A stretch of 64,000 nt of DNA from a virus, in the UHGV virus genome UHGV-0060643; one strand, 5' to 3'. The notes beneath the pieces are model-generated. The model was given only the letters and a program-made list of their open reading frames with translations, ran no database searches and was not told the origin of the DNA. The position numbers were made by a program, and so were the translations under genes. This document shows positions 9,610-19,851 of this stretch, piece after piece; position 1 is the stretch's first letter, and the number at the start of each line of letters is the position of its first letter.

Positions 9610-10542
9610 ATGTATTTGTACAAAAGTAAAAAAGTAAAAGGTATTAAAGACTGTCTTAGACAAATGGGGAGTCAGCATCTAGAAAATGTCATGGAAGAAA
9701 ACCAAACAAAAGAAAATCCTGTCTCGAAATGGATAAAAAAGAATCGTAACCATTTAACCAATTCCTTTATACCCTACGACACTGAGTTAGGTCTCAAAGA
9801 TCCACGTTCCCTTCACGCACAAACGTTGGCAATCGGGTGGCTATATGGCGGGGTTTCCTTAATATCCAACCAAGCACTTAGAGAACTTGTTTTCGAGACT
9901 GAGATGCCCAGTAAATTCCCTGAAGAATGGTTGGACTTTATACCCGCATGGACTGTGGCAATCGACGTAGGTAAAGAGGATGAGACTTTCTTTCTCGGCT
10001 ATCGAAAAAATGGGAAGAAAAGGTTTATTATAATCGCTACAAATACTGATTACGGGTTAACAGAAGGAGTTACCACAATTGCCACTTGTTCGTTAGAGCT
10101 TCGTAGTGTAGGAAACGGGCTTGTTGAAATTGATTATACAACTGGCGTACAGACCGAAGAAGAGAAGATGTTATGGTTATCTCTGGCCAAAGCCGCCACT
10201 TCGATGATATTTCTGTGCACGCTAATCCCGCCTAATTACAGGGAGTCTTTTAATGATATTAAGTTCAGGGAAATCAAAAAGAACGGTAGTATTAGTTACG
10301 ACGTTAAACCGCGAGAACGTGATGTTAAGGTTGATATCACACCAGGACAAGTAAAATATCTAAAAGGATTTAACACCGACTTGAAAGCCATGCAGGGTAT
10401 CAAACACGCCAAAGCTGCACATATACGTCGTGCACACTGGCGTAGATACTGGGTTGGCCCAAGAAACGGTGAAAGAAAAAGAAAACTTTGCTGGATTCCA
10501 CCGACATTTGTCCGAGGCTACGTACCCCACACGCAAGACTAG
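9610..10542 (+). CDS. hypothetical protein, paralog family B (C-terminal HIRRAHW...W.PTF motif)
   Basis: RBS aggag; 310 aa; C-terminus AAHIRRAHWRRYWVGP...WIPPTF shared with next gene. Confidence 0.7.
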   Translation: MYLYKSKKVKGIKDCLRQMGSQHLENVMEENQTKENPVSKWIKKNRNHLTNSFIPYDTELGLKDPRSLHAQTLAIGWLYGGVSLISNQALRELVFETEMPSKFPEEWLDFIPAWTVAIDVGKEDETFFLGYRKNGKKRFIIIATNTDYGLTEGVTTIATCSLELRSVGNGLVEIDYTTGVQTEEEKMLWLSLAKAATSMIFLCTLIPPNYRESFNDIKFREIKKNGSISYDVKPRERDVKVDITPGQVKYLKGFNTDLKAMQGIKHAKAAHIRRAHWRRYWVGPRNGERKRKLCWIPPTFVRGYVPHTQD

Positions 10543-10552
10543 GAGAATTATA

Positions 10553-11437
10553 ATGTTAAGACGCAGAATTTATGGAGACACGCTTCGACGTATTAGTGAA
10601 GCTATAGAGACTGCACACAAAGACTTGTTTGGTCTGAAAGAAGATCGTTTTCTAACGTTTGTCAGGGAACACAAGAGACAACTTCCCGTAACCTTTCTGC
10701 CCGTTAACGACCCAACGTACCGTGAGTTCGGCACCACCAAACAGGTGCCGTATTCTATTCGTCAGTCGTTAGGTTTGGGTTGGCAATACGCAGGTATTGA
10801 AATTATCTCTGATAAAGAGCTGATGGGATTACTTGCAGACACAGAACGTTTAACGGATATTCCGTACGCGTGGATTGAAGCCATCCCTTCATTCACCTTT
10901 TCCGTGACTGTCAAGATTAACGAACTTCCTGCTACGCTCTTTATCGGTCGTCGTAAATTCGAAGGTGAAGAAGTATTGTTCGTTTTACGATGGGTGGAGA
11001 TAAATCAGCGGCACTGTTGGACAACCAAGATTTATCGGTTCAACAGAAAGGCAGATGACTTTGTTAGTTTAGAGCCTTACTTTGCTAACGAGTCAAAGGA
11101 CGAGGAACTTCTGGATGAGGTACATATCGGTTTATATCTTTCCTCGCGGGTGAAGAAATCGGAACGCGAGAGACGGGAATACCGTGGTAGAACGACACGT
11201 TACGTACCTGATACAGAAATCCTCCCACGGAGAGAACCTGTCGTTGTTGACGTAAGTCCAGTACAACGCGAAGACTTAGAAAAACAACGCAGGGAAGGCA
11301 GGAGAATCTGTTTAACGCCTCATCGCGCAGCGCACATACGCAGGGCACATTGGAAACGGGTCTGGTGTGGGCCAATGACAGGACCACGCTGGCAGGAGTG
11401 GCGATGGATTGCGCCCACCTTTATATCTGGTTTTTAG
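10553..11437 (+). CDS. hypothetical protein, paralog family B
   Basis: ATG 10553 with RBS aggaga (track ORF starts earlier in overlap); C-terminus AAHIRRAHWKRVWCGP...WIAPTF; internal block LGLGWQYAGIEIIS matches LAIGWLYGGVSLIS of previous gene. Confidence 0.7.
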   Translation: MLRRRIYGDTLRRISEAIETAHKDLFGLKEDRFLTFVREHKRQLPVTFLPVNDPTYREFGTTKQVPYSIRQSLGLGWQYAGIEIISDKELMGLLADTERLTDIPYAWIEAIPSFTFSVTVKINELPATLFIGRRKFEGEEVLFVLRWVEINQRHCWTTKIYRFNRKADDFVSLEPYFANESKDEELLDEVHIGLYLSSRVKKSERERREYRGRTTRYVPDTEILPRREPVVVDVSPVQREDLEKQRREGRRICLTPHRAAHIRRAHWKRVWCGPMTGPRWQEWRWIAPTFISGF

Positions 11438-11452
11438 CGTGAAAATAAAGAT

Positions 11453-11500
11453 TACCCCTAGACCTTGTGGTCTAGGGGTAGCTTTTACTTTTTATTTTTT
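11453..11500. terminator. bidirectional intrinsic terminator between convergent genes
   Basis: tacccctagacc ttgt ggtctaggggta hairpin with T-tract on plus strand and A-tract upstream. Confidence 0.6.
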
Positions 11501-12247
11501 GTTTGCCTTCAGCGCTTTCAGGCGTTCAGCCGTCACGTTCAGACATTCAATCAATTCGTTCACCTGTTTCATGAACAAACCAAACAGTTCAACCCAATCG
11601 GATGCAAAGTCTAACATCGCTGTCAGTTCTTTTGCCACGTTAGGATGAATGTTTTGTTCAGACAGAATCGTTGCAGAGGCTTTGATGGACTCGATGGATT
11701 TATCGATGTTCGTACGAAGTTTCTTCGTGATTTCAACGTTCAGTGCTTTTGCACGGTTAAACGCAATATCGATCTCCGTAGCACTGTGATACGTTTTCTC
11801 AATCGGACGCTGGTCAATAACGTTGTTGGTGTAAGACTTAGCCAACTGGTTAACCAGGTCTTTCGGATTCACGTTACGTAACGGAATGTTAACGTTTTTA
11901 TAACGGAAACCGATAGGTAATGACAGTACGCCCACATCATGTGTAAGGGCGGAAAGTTGCAACTCAACAGGTAAAAGGACACCGTCGTAGATCTTCTGTA
12001 ATGAACTCCACACCGATTCTAAGCGGTTAATGTGATCCATTACGTAGGTATTGAAGCCTGGCGGTACAATAACCAACATGCCTGCAAAGTGTAAGAATTT
12101 TTCCTGTTGCATCCACTTGGAAACGTCTGACATGTCGTCGTAAGTGGTTAATGCAATCTCTTGTTGAGGGCCACTGAACCCTTTGGGTAAGATTGCAGAC
12201 GCTTTAGCGGCAAAGCTAGTTAACGCTGCAAGTGGATTTACGTTCAT
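11492..12247 (-). CDS. hypothetical protein
   Basis: 251-aa minus-strand ORF, ATG with gagg RBS. Confidence 0.65.
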   Translation of the reverse strand: MNVNPLAALTSFAAKASAILPKGFSGPQQEIALTTYDDMSDVSKWMQQEKFLHFAGMLVIVPPGFNTYVMDHINRLESVWSSLQKIYDGVLLPVELQLSALTHDVGVLSLPIGFRYKNVNIPLRNVNPKDLVNQLAKSYTNNVIDQRPIEKTYHSATEIDIAFNRAKALNVEITKKLRTNIDKSIESIKASATILSEQNIHPNVAKELTAMLDFASDWVELFGLFMKQVNELIECLNVTAERLKALKANKK

Positions 12248-12344
12248 TTAAAACCTCGGATTATAAGTCAGGGTTACATAGTAAAGTCTTTTTACAGTTC
12301 ATCCTGAACTTATGACCGAGATTATCTCATAAAGGTAAAGCTCG

Positions 12345-12644
12345 ATGAAAATCAAATTACTGACTCGAAACACCACGCCTCGTCTGGAACCGGAAATCTA
12401 TCTTACCCCGGTGAAAAAAGACAAAGAAGGTAAGCCTATTCAAGTAGGTAAGATTCTTAGCGTGACCTCTTTACCTAACGGTAAGCGCGTGATGGAATTA
12501 GAAATCGACGAGCGCAACAAACGTCGTTTCGAGTCTATTGAGAACCCCTATCCTGAAAAATCGGAAGAAGTCACCGAGTGGGTAGAGACCTACTTTGAAT
12601 TCTGGCACAAACGCCGTCTTCTTCTTCCGACCAAGAATCGTTAA
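12345..12644 (+). CDS. hypothetical protein
   Basis: 99-aa ORF downstream of divergent intergenic region. Confidence 0.5.
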   Translation: MKIKLLTRNTTPRLEPEIYLTPVKKDKEGKPIQVGKILSVTSLPNGKRVMELEIDERNKRRFESIENPYPEKSEEVTEWVETYFEFWHKRRLLLPTKNR

Positions 12645-12659
12645 TTATTGGAGCGCTAA

Positions 12660-14156
12660 ATGGCAGGCCCAACTAAGCAAGTTATCGGTGAAGTAATTCG
12701 TCCTCGTTTTAACGTTTATACCATCATGGACCACGCCTTAGGCAACTACGAAAGAGGCGAAGATGGTTTATACTACCTTAACGGTGGTTTTGCCCACATC
12801 ATGGGTTTCGCGGGTCGTGGTAACACCTTCAAATCCACACTGTTGGATTTCTGTATCTTCCAAATCCTGCAACGCTATAAAGCGGAGTGGGGTTCGAAAT
12901 ACGATACCGAAGTGTCTGCTGCCCTCGATCGCTTAGAGACCGGTTATATTTCTGCCATGCACGCCAACGGTATTGACGATGGAACTTCGGTACTGGAACT
13001 TATTCACGAAGGTCGTTATAACCTCGTTGGTTCTGACGTGATGCCAGGGGAACAATATTACAGTGACTATATTCGTGATGAAGTGGAAAAACGCTTCAAG
13101 CAGTATATGTCTGGTAAAACGCGTGTAACGCCGTTCCTTGACCCGGTTCGTCGTAAGCAAAAAGAAATCCTTGACCCGTGGCTGTATTCTATCGACTCCC
13201 TGTCGGAGTGGCACTCGTCTTCTCTGGAAGACAAGCACGCTAAAACGGATATCGGTGATTCCGATCAGAACATCCTCAACGCCCACGACGCCTTACAGAA
13301 ATCGAACATGATGAGCCGTTGGCCGTCTGCGTTTGCCCGTGGTGGTTTCTACATGGGCTTTGTTGCACAGATGGCCGATGACTCCGGTAAGGCGATGGCG
13401 GGCGGTCGTCAAGGACAGAAAGCAAACGCGAAACTGCTGGACGATGCGAACGACGATCTCAAATTCGCAGGGATTCCTCGTCGTCAATTAAGTTTCTTGA
13501 CTAACTCGTTTATTGTTGCGACAAAATCAGGCGAGCTGAAAAAAGACCAGAGTTATAACGCCCAGACCGGTGTTAACGAAGAACTTTACCCAACCGCACG
13601 TTCAAAAGCCATGAACGCGTCGGTTAACGACCTGAAAGTTATCACCTTTACGCAGTACCGTGCTAAAGGCGGTCACACGGGCGTGAAGTTCCAGATGATC
13701 TTCTCGCAAGAGATGGGTCTACTGTATCACCTGAGCCTGTGGCATTACCTGAGTGACACTCTGAAAAAATCCGAATTTGGATTTACATCCAGCGGTAGCG
13801 GTGGTTCCATTAAAGAACTCCAGATTCTGCCTGGTGTTAAATTCCAGCGTACGACGATTCGCGACATGATCGACGATAACCCGAAACTGCGTCGGGCATT
13901 AGAAATCACGGCCGCGATTGCGTACATGCAGAACAACTACCATCGTTTAGAGGTTAAATACCACCTCACGATGGAAGAAATCTACAAACTCATTGATGAG
14001 AAATGGGATTGGAATGAGATTCTGGAGAACACCGTAGAATACTGGATGTTTAAAGACCAAGAAACGAAAGGTGGTAAACGCACGTTAACTGCCCGTACGA
14101 TTCTGGGTATGGCCGTGGACGGCCTGGAACCGAAGTTCCTCACCAAAAAGAAATAA
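12660..14156 (+). CDS. RecA-superfamily ATPase, UvsX-like recombinase candidate
   Basis: deviant Walker A GFAGRGNTFKST resembling the T4 UvsX P-loop (AGPSKSFKS) and a downstream Walker-B-like YSIDSL; recalled by eye, not aligned. Confidence 0.45.
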   Translation: MAGPTKQVIGEVIRPRFNVYTIMDHALGNYERGEDGLYYLNGGFAHIMGFAGRGNTFKSTLLDFCIFQILQRYKAEWGSKYDTEVSAALDRLETGYISAMHANGIDDGTSVLELIHEGRYNLVGSDVMPGEQYYSDYIRDEVEKRFKQYMSGKTRVTPFLDPVRRKQKEILDPWLYSIDSLSEWHSSSLEDKHAKTDIGDSDQNILNAHDALQKSNMMSRWPSAFARGGFYMGFVAQMADDSGKAMAGGRQGQKANAKLLDDANDDLKFAGIPRRQLSFLTNSFIVATKSGELKKDQSYNAQTGVNEELYPTARSKAMNASVNDLKVITFTQYRAKGGHTGVKFQMIFSQEMGLLYHLSLWHYLSDTLKKSEFGFTSSGSGGSIKELQILPGVKFQRTTIRDMIDDNPKLRRALEITAAIAYMQNNYHRLEVKYHLTMEEIYKLIDEKWDWNEILENTVEYWMFKDQETKGGKRTLTARTILGMAVDGLEPKFLTKKK

Positions 14157-14162
14157 AAGCGT

Positions 14163-14187
14163 TAGGGTAGGGTAATCCCCTACCCTA
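14163..14187 (+). other. GC-rich hairpin without U-tract immediately 5' of an RBS
   Basis: tagggtaggg taatc ccctacccta perfect inverted repeat followed by aaggag and ATG 14202. Confidence 0.5.
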
Positions 14188-14201
14188 GCTAAGGAGTCGT
14201 T

Positions 14202-14501
14202 ATGCGTTATCAAACGGAGATTGTGGAGCGCTTAAGCGAAGGTTTAGCCAGCGTCAGTCTGGAAACAGCAGCGGCATTTCGTGAGACTTTCGCTACTTTC
14301 TTTCCCGATCGTGAATCTTTTTGTTTAAAGGTCGGTGAATATTATTCCAAGTTACTCGAACACTACGGTTACCCGCCGGTGAAATTCGACGTACCTGAAA
14401 ACACCGACGACATCAGTTATTGGATTGAAACCCTCGAAGCAGGGACACTTTCCAACTTGCGTAAGGCGGTAGAAAATGAAACTCGATCCAGCGCGGCGTA
14501 A
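14202..14501 (+). CDS. hypothetical protein
   Basis: 99-aa ORF, RBS aaggag. Confidence 0.55.
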   Translation: MRYQTEIVERLSEGLASVSLETAAAFRETFATFFPDRESFCLKVGEYYSKLLEHYGYPPVKFDVPENTDDISYWIETLEAGTLSNLRKAVENETRSSAA

Positions 14502-15144
14502 AAAAGCAGAAGCTTACGCCTTACAAATCTTAAGCCTGGTTGACCCCTCTGGGATTAACGCAGAGGCAGCAAAGAAAGCCTTTGCTCGAATGACGGACGA
14601 ACAGTTTAATCGTCTTCGTGAAGGCTTACCGATTTACAACCCGGTCGGCAGTAAAGTTAAAATCGACCACATGCGAAACGTTAAGCTATGTCGTGTTTTA
14701 GGTTTGAACCTGGAACAGCGATTGTGGTTAACTGAGCCGAAAACGGGTGTTTTCCATCGTACCCGCTACCCACATCTGGTATTGCGCTTGCCTGCGCGTC
14801 GTCAAACGCAGATGCAAGAAAAGAAAATGGCAGTAGCGAAGAACGACAAAGTTCGTGATAAACTCTCCGGTCAAGTTGTTGGTCCTTCTAAAGCATCTGG
14901 TGTATCTTTCCCAGAAGCGTACATCATGTACTCCGATGGTCACGACTGGACACTGAAAGAGTTTCTGTGGGCGCGTGGGGGTAACGAAGCTTTACAACGT
15001 GCGTTCTATCAATCGTTACGTCAAACCGGTAAGGGACGTATTGACCTGCCGGGAGCAGAACGTACCAGTTCGAAAGCAACACGTACCTGGTCTGCGTATC
15101 TGAAAGCGATGCACATTGGTAACAACATAGGCCATCCGTCATGA
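14476..15144 (+). CDS. hypothetical protein
   Basis: 222-aa ORF overlapping previous gene end. Confidence 0.55.
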   Translation: MKLDPARRKKAEAYALQILSLVDPSGINAEAAKKAFARMTDEQFNRLREGLPIYNPVGSKVKIDHMRNVKLCRVLGLNLEQRLWLTEPKTGVFHRTRYPHLVLRLPARRQTQMQEKKMAVAKNDKVRDKLSGQVVGPSKASGVSFPEAYIMYSDGHDWTLKEFLWARGGNEALQRAFYQSLRQTGKGRIDLPGAERTSSKATRTWSAYLKAMHIGNNIGHPS

Positions 15145-15863
15145 GATTTTCTCGACGTTTTTTGATTGATATCGATGCGTTGTTTGACACCCGAATCGGT
15201 TGGGTCAAAGCCATCAAACCTGAAAGATTGGAAATTATGGATTACGACGTTTATCGTCGTCGTTTTACGGAGGAATGGGCGACTGTCTTGGGGTTTGAGA
15301 ATTGGAAAGAGGAATATCAGAAACGCGATAAACGCGCGTTGATGAATGCAGAACCCACCGAACTGTTGTTGACGATGAAGAACGAGTTCGAATGTATGTT
15401 ACTCGAAATCGAGATGCATTCGCCTATCGAAAAACCGACGCTGACAATTAACACCTGGCCGTATACTGATCTTACTGACCAAGAAATGCAAACGTTCTTG
15501 CAGATGTTCCGTATCTATTACGATATGGTGCAGGTTGAGTTAGTGTCGTGGCCGCATTCGGAACTTACGCCGGGTCGTTTAGCGACAGCTTGGGATTGTT
15601 GGATAATGTACGATTGGTTCGCTTGGATTGAACTCAATGCGAAACATCTGAAAAAGCCTATCCCTAGCTTTACCATTACGCACCCTGCCCTGCTAACGCC
15701 GGAACTTACAAAAGAGACGGTAGAGCAGCTTAAACGCGATGGTGTGAATCCGTTCAAGGAACACATCCGGTTTATGGCAGAGTGGGTCGGTGTCGACCCA
15801 CGTGATTCTGCGCTATTTAGTCTGGCTCGTCCGAAGAAGGACGCGCAAACGCCGCAGTCATAA
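15141..15863 (+). CDS. hypothetical protein
   Basis: 240-aa ORF, ATGA overlap with upstream gene. Confidence 0.55.
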   Translation: MRFSRRFLIDIDALFDTRIGWVKAIKPERLEIMDYDVYRRRFTEEWATVLGFENWKEEYQKRDKRALMNAEPTELLLTMKNEFECMLLEIEMHSPIEKPTLTINTWPYTDLTDQEMQTFLQMFRIYYDMVQVELVSWPHSELTPGRLATAWDCWIMYDWFAWIELNAKHLKKPIPSFTITHPALLTPELTKETVEQLKRDGVNPFKEHIRFMAEWVGVDPRDSALFSLARPKKDAQTPQS

Positions 15864-16281
15864 TGGACTTCACGTCAATTTGTTCGCCAACCGGAGCCAA
15901 CTCCCCTTCCGAGATTTCTACGTTAGGAATGTCTGGAAGGGTGGGTTGGTAACCATTATTTTCATCAGGTTCTTCATCGTGACGTTTTATTTTCACGTTA
16001 CCGCGTTGCATCAGAATTGTATTCAGTGCGTTAGCCAAGTCTTGGTTCGCTTCACTGTTTTTCTGGGCAGCGGCAACACGACGTTTAGAAATGATCTGCT
16101 TATCTAGGTCGTTTAATAACGTCCCGATACGATCCACGGTCTTTAAGTCTTTGTGAGCATTAGGATCGTCTAAGATTAGATTGACAATTCTGACACGGGC
16201 TTGTTGCGTTTGGCGGAGAAGCGATTCTTCGTCGTCTACTTCACCATCTAACGCCTGGTATTTCACTTCTTCTTCAGCCAT
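15817..16281 (-). CDS. hypothetical acidic protein
   Basis: 154-aa minus ORF with gaggtgg RBS; 3' end overlaps convergent gene by ~47 nt. Confidence 0.55.
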   Translation of the reverse strand: MAEEEVKYQALDGEVDDEESLLRQTQQARVRIVNLILDDPNAHKDLKTVDRIGTLLNDLDKQIISKRRVAAAQKNSEANQDLANALNTILMQRGNVKIKRHDEEPDENNGYQPTLPDIPNVEISEGELAPVGEQIDVKSIMTAAFARPSSDEPD

Positions 16282-16353
16282 TTAAAACCACCTCATTTTC
16301 AAAAAGAAGTCAGACAGATATTATTTACGTGAGACATTCTTTCGGAGTGAATT

Positions 16354-16902
16354 ATGTTTACAGGATTAATAACACGTTTTAAGAAACGTCTACAGCAAAA
16401 GCGTTTACAGGCTCTCAGAGAGTCTCTAAGGCAGGAGTTTCATAAGAACATCCATAACCCCTACGTGAGAACGTTTAGCGGCTTACGGTTGCTTACGTTG
16501 CCTATAAACGTAGATACCGAACCCTACCACCCCAGCTTACGTGGTAATCTCGAGTTACGTATCGCTAATCTCGATATTCTTTACCAACGTCTTGCTTTTT
16601 ATATCAACGAATACCAACGCACGATTAATGGAACCTCTATCGAGTGGTTATCATTGCCAGAGTCGTTAAGTAAACAAAAAGACTCATCAGAAAACCGCTG
16701 GTTAGACACTTATTTTGGGACGTCCAATCCGGCGGTTGCCTATTATAAGCTAACGCAGTTACTCGAGCTTATCGAACCTTACGAAGATATTTTCTTAAAG
16801 CCCAAGACCGATGAAGATCGGGCATTGGTAAATCACTGTGCACATTTGTTTCGTGAAATGGAGGTACTCATCGAACACTACCTTTTAAACCGACCTGTTT
16901 AA
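16354..16902 (+). CDS. hypothetical protein
   Basis: 182-aa ORF, RBS ggag. Confidence 0.6.
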   Translation: MFTGLITRFKKRLQQKRLQALRESLRQEFHKNIHNPYVRTFSGLRLLTLPINVDTEPYHPSLRGNLELRIANLDILYQRLAFYINEYQRTINGTSIEWLSLPESLSKQKDSSENRWLDTYFGTSNPAVAYYKLTQLLELIEPYEDIFLKPKTDEDRALVNHCAHLFREMEVLIEHYLLNRPV

Positions 16903-16935
16903 TAATCAGTTAACCCCTTGTAACAAGGTGAAGTG

Positions 16936-17748
16936 ATGGATAACGAAGCAAAAGCAAAACTGCAACGAGACGAAGAAGAACGTGCGGGTAAACCGTTGCA
17001 AAAACTTTACTGGGAATATAAAACTCAGATTGGGTGGGAACCTAAAGATTATAAGCTTGCAGTTGCAAGACACATCCTGTCCCCTGATTTCCGCACACGT
17101 TCGAAGGCCGTTCTCGAAGATCGAGTACAACGCATCTCAACGAAACTTACCTCAGGTAACAACCGTGACTTACCAGTTGACCTTACGTGGCGAGGTTTCA
17201 CGGAAGGGTTAGTGATTACCGGAGTAGAATCGTTAAGAATCTGTATAACGACTTACCGTGGACGTTTCCAGACAAAAACCATTTCTGAAGTCACCACACG
17301 AGTGCGTGACGATCTTATCCGCTACGATTTTGAAGACTGTAACGAGAAACCGACGGCCAGTGCCAGTACGGAATTAAATCGTTTCTTCCGAGATTGTGCG
17401 GGGACAGCAAAGACGATGGAACACCCCCTTTCGAGACTCCTGTGGACAATCTTTGCGAATATCAAAATGACTTCGGATTGGTGGCATCGACTTTCAACGA
17501 ACTATGTTAATAATCCAGAGAACTGTCTTCCTATCGCTTCTAAACGCAACGACATGCGGCACAATATGCAGCACAACATGCGACTGAAAAAGAAGCTGTC
17601 TTGGAAATGGTTTATGAGGATACTCAAGGCGATTGATGTGAAGAAATTCGACATTCTGTTGACGTTAAAACGCAAAAACGACAACAAGATTTACGAAGTC
17701 GTTCACACGGTTGACCTCGAGGCTTATCAATTTCGGAGTACAGAATGA
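16936..17748 (+). CDS. hypothetical protein
   Basis: ATG at 16936 preceded by aaggtgaag. Confidence 0.6.
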   Translation: MDNEAKAKLQRDEEERAGKPLQKLYWEYKTQIGWEPKDYKLAVARHILSPDFRTRSKAVLEDRVQRISTKLTSGNNRDLPVDLTWRGFTEGLVITGVESLRICITTYRGRFQTKTISEVTTRVRDDLIRYDFEDCNEKPTASASTELNRFFRDCAGTAKTMEHPLSRLLWTIFANIKMTSDWWHRLSTNYVNNPENCLPIASKRNDMRHNMQHNMRLKKKLSWKWFMRILKAIDVKKFDILLTLKRKNDNKIYEVVHTVDLEAYQFRSTE

Positions 17749-19019
17749 AACTCGATCAGATAACCGGCCAGATTAACAAAGGTCAATCGGCTATCGACAA
17801 CTCGGTTAATACCGCGAAGAATGCGGTTAACCGAGTACAATCTACGGTAGAGAACGCCGAACGTGGCATTCAGAATACCGTAGATAAAGTCAGTCAGCTT
17901 TCCGATCGTGCTGGTGAAACCTTTAACAAACTCATCAGCGGTGGAAGTGAACTGACCTCAAAAATCGGTAACCTGTTCGGTGGTAGTGACATTGCCAGCG
18001 TAGGGGGTACCAAAACAGCAGGCAGCTCCACCTCCGGTGTTTCCCCAGGACAAAAAGTTCCTGGGTTTGCTTCTAACACTAAAGAGACACTACCTGTTCT
18101 CGATCCGCAGAAGCGTGATGTTTCAGAACCTTTCAAAAAGGTTAATGAGGAAGGGCTTAAAGCACTAGGGTATCTGTCACCCGGTGACTCAGGAAGTTTA
18201 CTGGGCAAAGGTTGGGACAGCCTTTCGTCGCTGAGTGATTCTTTTCTGTCAGGAATCGGTACTGACTTCTCCTCCGTGAAGAAGCGTCTCGAAGGAACGC
18301 TGAATATCGCAGGTCAACTGGCTAAGCTTCCTTCAGAAATCAGTCATGAAGTCAACAACTTTATGTCTGAAGTCAACAGTATGCGTTACCAGATAACCTC
18401 AGTTATTGATGACGTACAACACACGTTTGACAGCTATAAAGACCTTGACGATTTCTTAGCCATCGACAACTTGATTAACAGTTTCAAAGGCAGTGACAGT
18501 TTTTCAGCGTTAGACATTAACACGTCGTCTGCGTTGATCTACGGTCTGTCTACGAAACTTAACAGTTACGGATTGCCTGCAAAAATCGACCCGATGATTC
18601 AGGCTATCAGTGACGATCAAGCAAAAGAGGCGCTTTACGGGGAGTTGATGATTCAAGCTGCTGCTACCGGCAACTTGGACTCAACAGAGTATTACCTGGG
18701 CAAACTTCAGGAAGGTCAGGGCAAACAGATTGCGGAAACCGTGATTCAAAACATCATGGCTAACTTGCGTGTGGAAACCGGCACGAGCTTTAGTACGTAC
18801 GGGACACGAATGTTAGCGTTGTTTAAAGCACTGGATGCCAAATGGGATAAAACGAAAAACGTTACTCCCGAAACCACTGAACTGAAACTTTATACTTACG
18901 CAGGCGCTAACGCGATACAAGCGCTGATGACCACCGAAAAACGTAACTACGTTTTAGCGGCAGGTAGTGTAAGTTATCAGTCTACCGATGAAATCGTGGA
19001 AGACTACTTTGCAATCTAA
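17745..19019 (+). CDS. hypothetical protein (coiled-coil N-terminus, Ser/Gly-rich region)
   Basis: 424-aa ORF, ATGA overlap with upstream gene. Confidence 0.65.
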   Translation: MKLDQITGQINKGQSAIDNSVNTAKNAVNRVQSTVENAERGIQNTVDKVSQLSDRAGETFNKLISGGSELTSKIGNLFGGSDIASVGGTKTAGSSTSGVSPGQKVPGFASNTKETLPVLDPQKRDVSEPFKKVNEEGLKALGYLSPGDSGSLLGKGWDSLSSLSDSFLSGIGTDFSSVKKRLEGTLNIAGQLAKLPSEISHEVNNFMSEVNSMRYQITSVIDDVQHTFDSYKDLDDFLAIDNLINSFKGSDSFSALDINTSSALIYGLSTKLNSYGLPAKIDPMIQAISDDQAKEALYGELMIQAAATGNLDSTEYYLGKLQEGQGKQIAETVIQNIMANLRVETGTSFSTYGTRMLALFKALDAKWDKTKNVTPETTELKLYTYAGANAIQALMTTEKRNYVLAAGSVSYQSTDEIVEDYFAI

Positions 19020-19029
19020 GAGGCCGGAT

Positions 19030-19851
19030 ATGTCCGAACCACAATTACTGCGCTCCGTATTAAAGAAAATCAAAAGTCAAAGTGAAGACATTCAATCATT
19101 GGCTTTAACGCTCGGTTATGCGCCGGGCGATTTACGTTCTAAATCCTACGTGAACGCGTCAAGCATTGTACTCACGCCTGATGAGCGCCTTGCTTATGTC
19201 CTATACCTGAGACGGTTAGGCTATGTTTGTGCTTTACCTGAACAACTCCCGTTTACCGATGGGGTGAACCACATCAACTTTTACTCCAACGGTCGTACTA
19301 CCGTGGGTAAGATGATCAGTAACTTCTACGCGAAACCCGACGGGTCAAAATTTGACACGATACACGGTCAGTTCCTGACGTTGGAAGGTTACTATCACTA
19401 CTTGCGTATCGTTGACTACATGTTACACATGGGTTACTCGATTAAAACGATGGGACGTCTGGAGACTGAATTTCCTGATATTCTTCGTTTACGTACGTTA
19501 ACGGGTACGGAATGTATTCAGTTAGGTCGTCGATTAAAAGCGGCAATTTACGGGAAAACGGATTACCGTCCCGGTGAGTTTAGTAGCTACGCGACTGGTG
19601 CATTTAAGAATGCACTGCTGCGTAAGTTGCACCTATTGCAATACGACGGGTCTTGTTTAGGTAATACCCTGTCTTACTGCCATTCGATGAATCTTCCGTT
19701 CTTGCATTATTACGTCATGAACGGTCGGGTGATTACACCACTACATTCTGAATGGCTTCCTAATCTGGTGATTTCTATTGTAGAAAACATCGACTATAAC
19801 GACTCGACGTTCGATATTACGGACGTCAGTGAACGTATGGGATTAATCTAA
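19030..19851 (+). CDS. hypothetical protein
   Basis: ATG 19030 with RBS aagagg. Confidence 0.6.
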   Translation: MSEPQLLRSVLKKIKSQSEDIQSLALTLGYAPGDLRSKSYVNASSIVLTPDERLAYVLYLRRLGYVCALPEQLPFTDGVNHINFYSNGRTTVGKMISNFYAKPDGSKFDTIHGQFLTLEGYYHYLRIVDYMLHMGYSIKTMGRLETEFPDILRLRTLTGTECIQLGRRLKAAIYGKTDYRPGEFSSYATGAFKNALLRKLHLLQYDGSCLGNTLSYCHSMNLPFLHYYVMNGRVITPLHSEWLPNLVISIVENIDYNDSTFDITDVSERMGLI

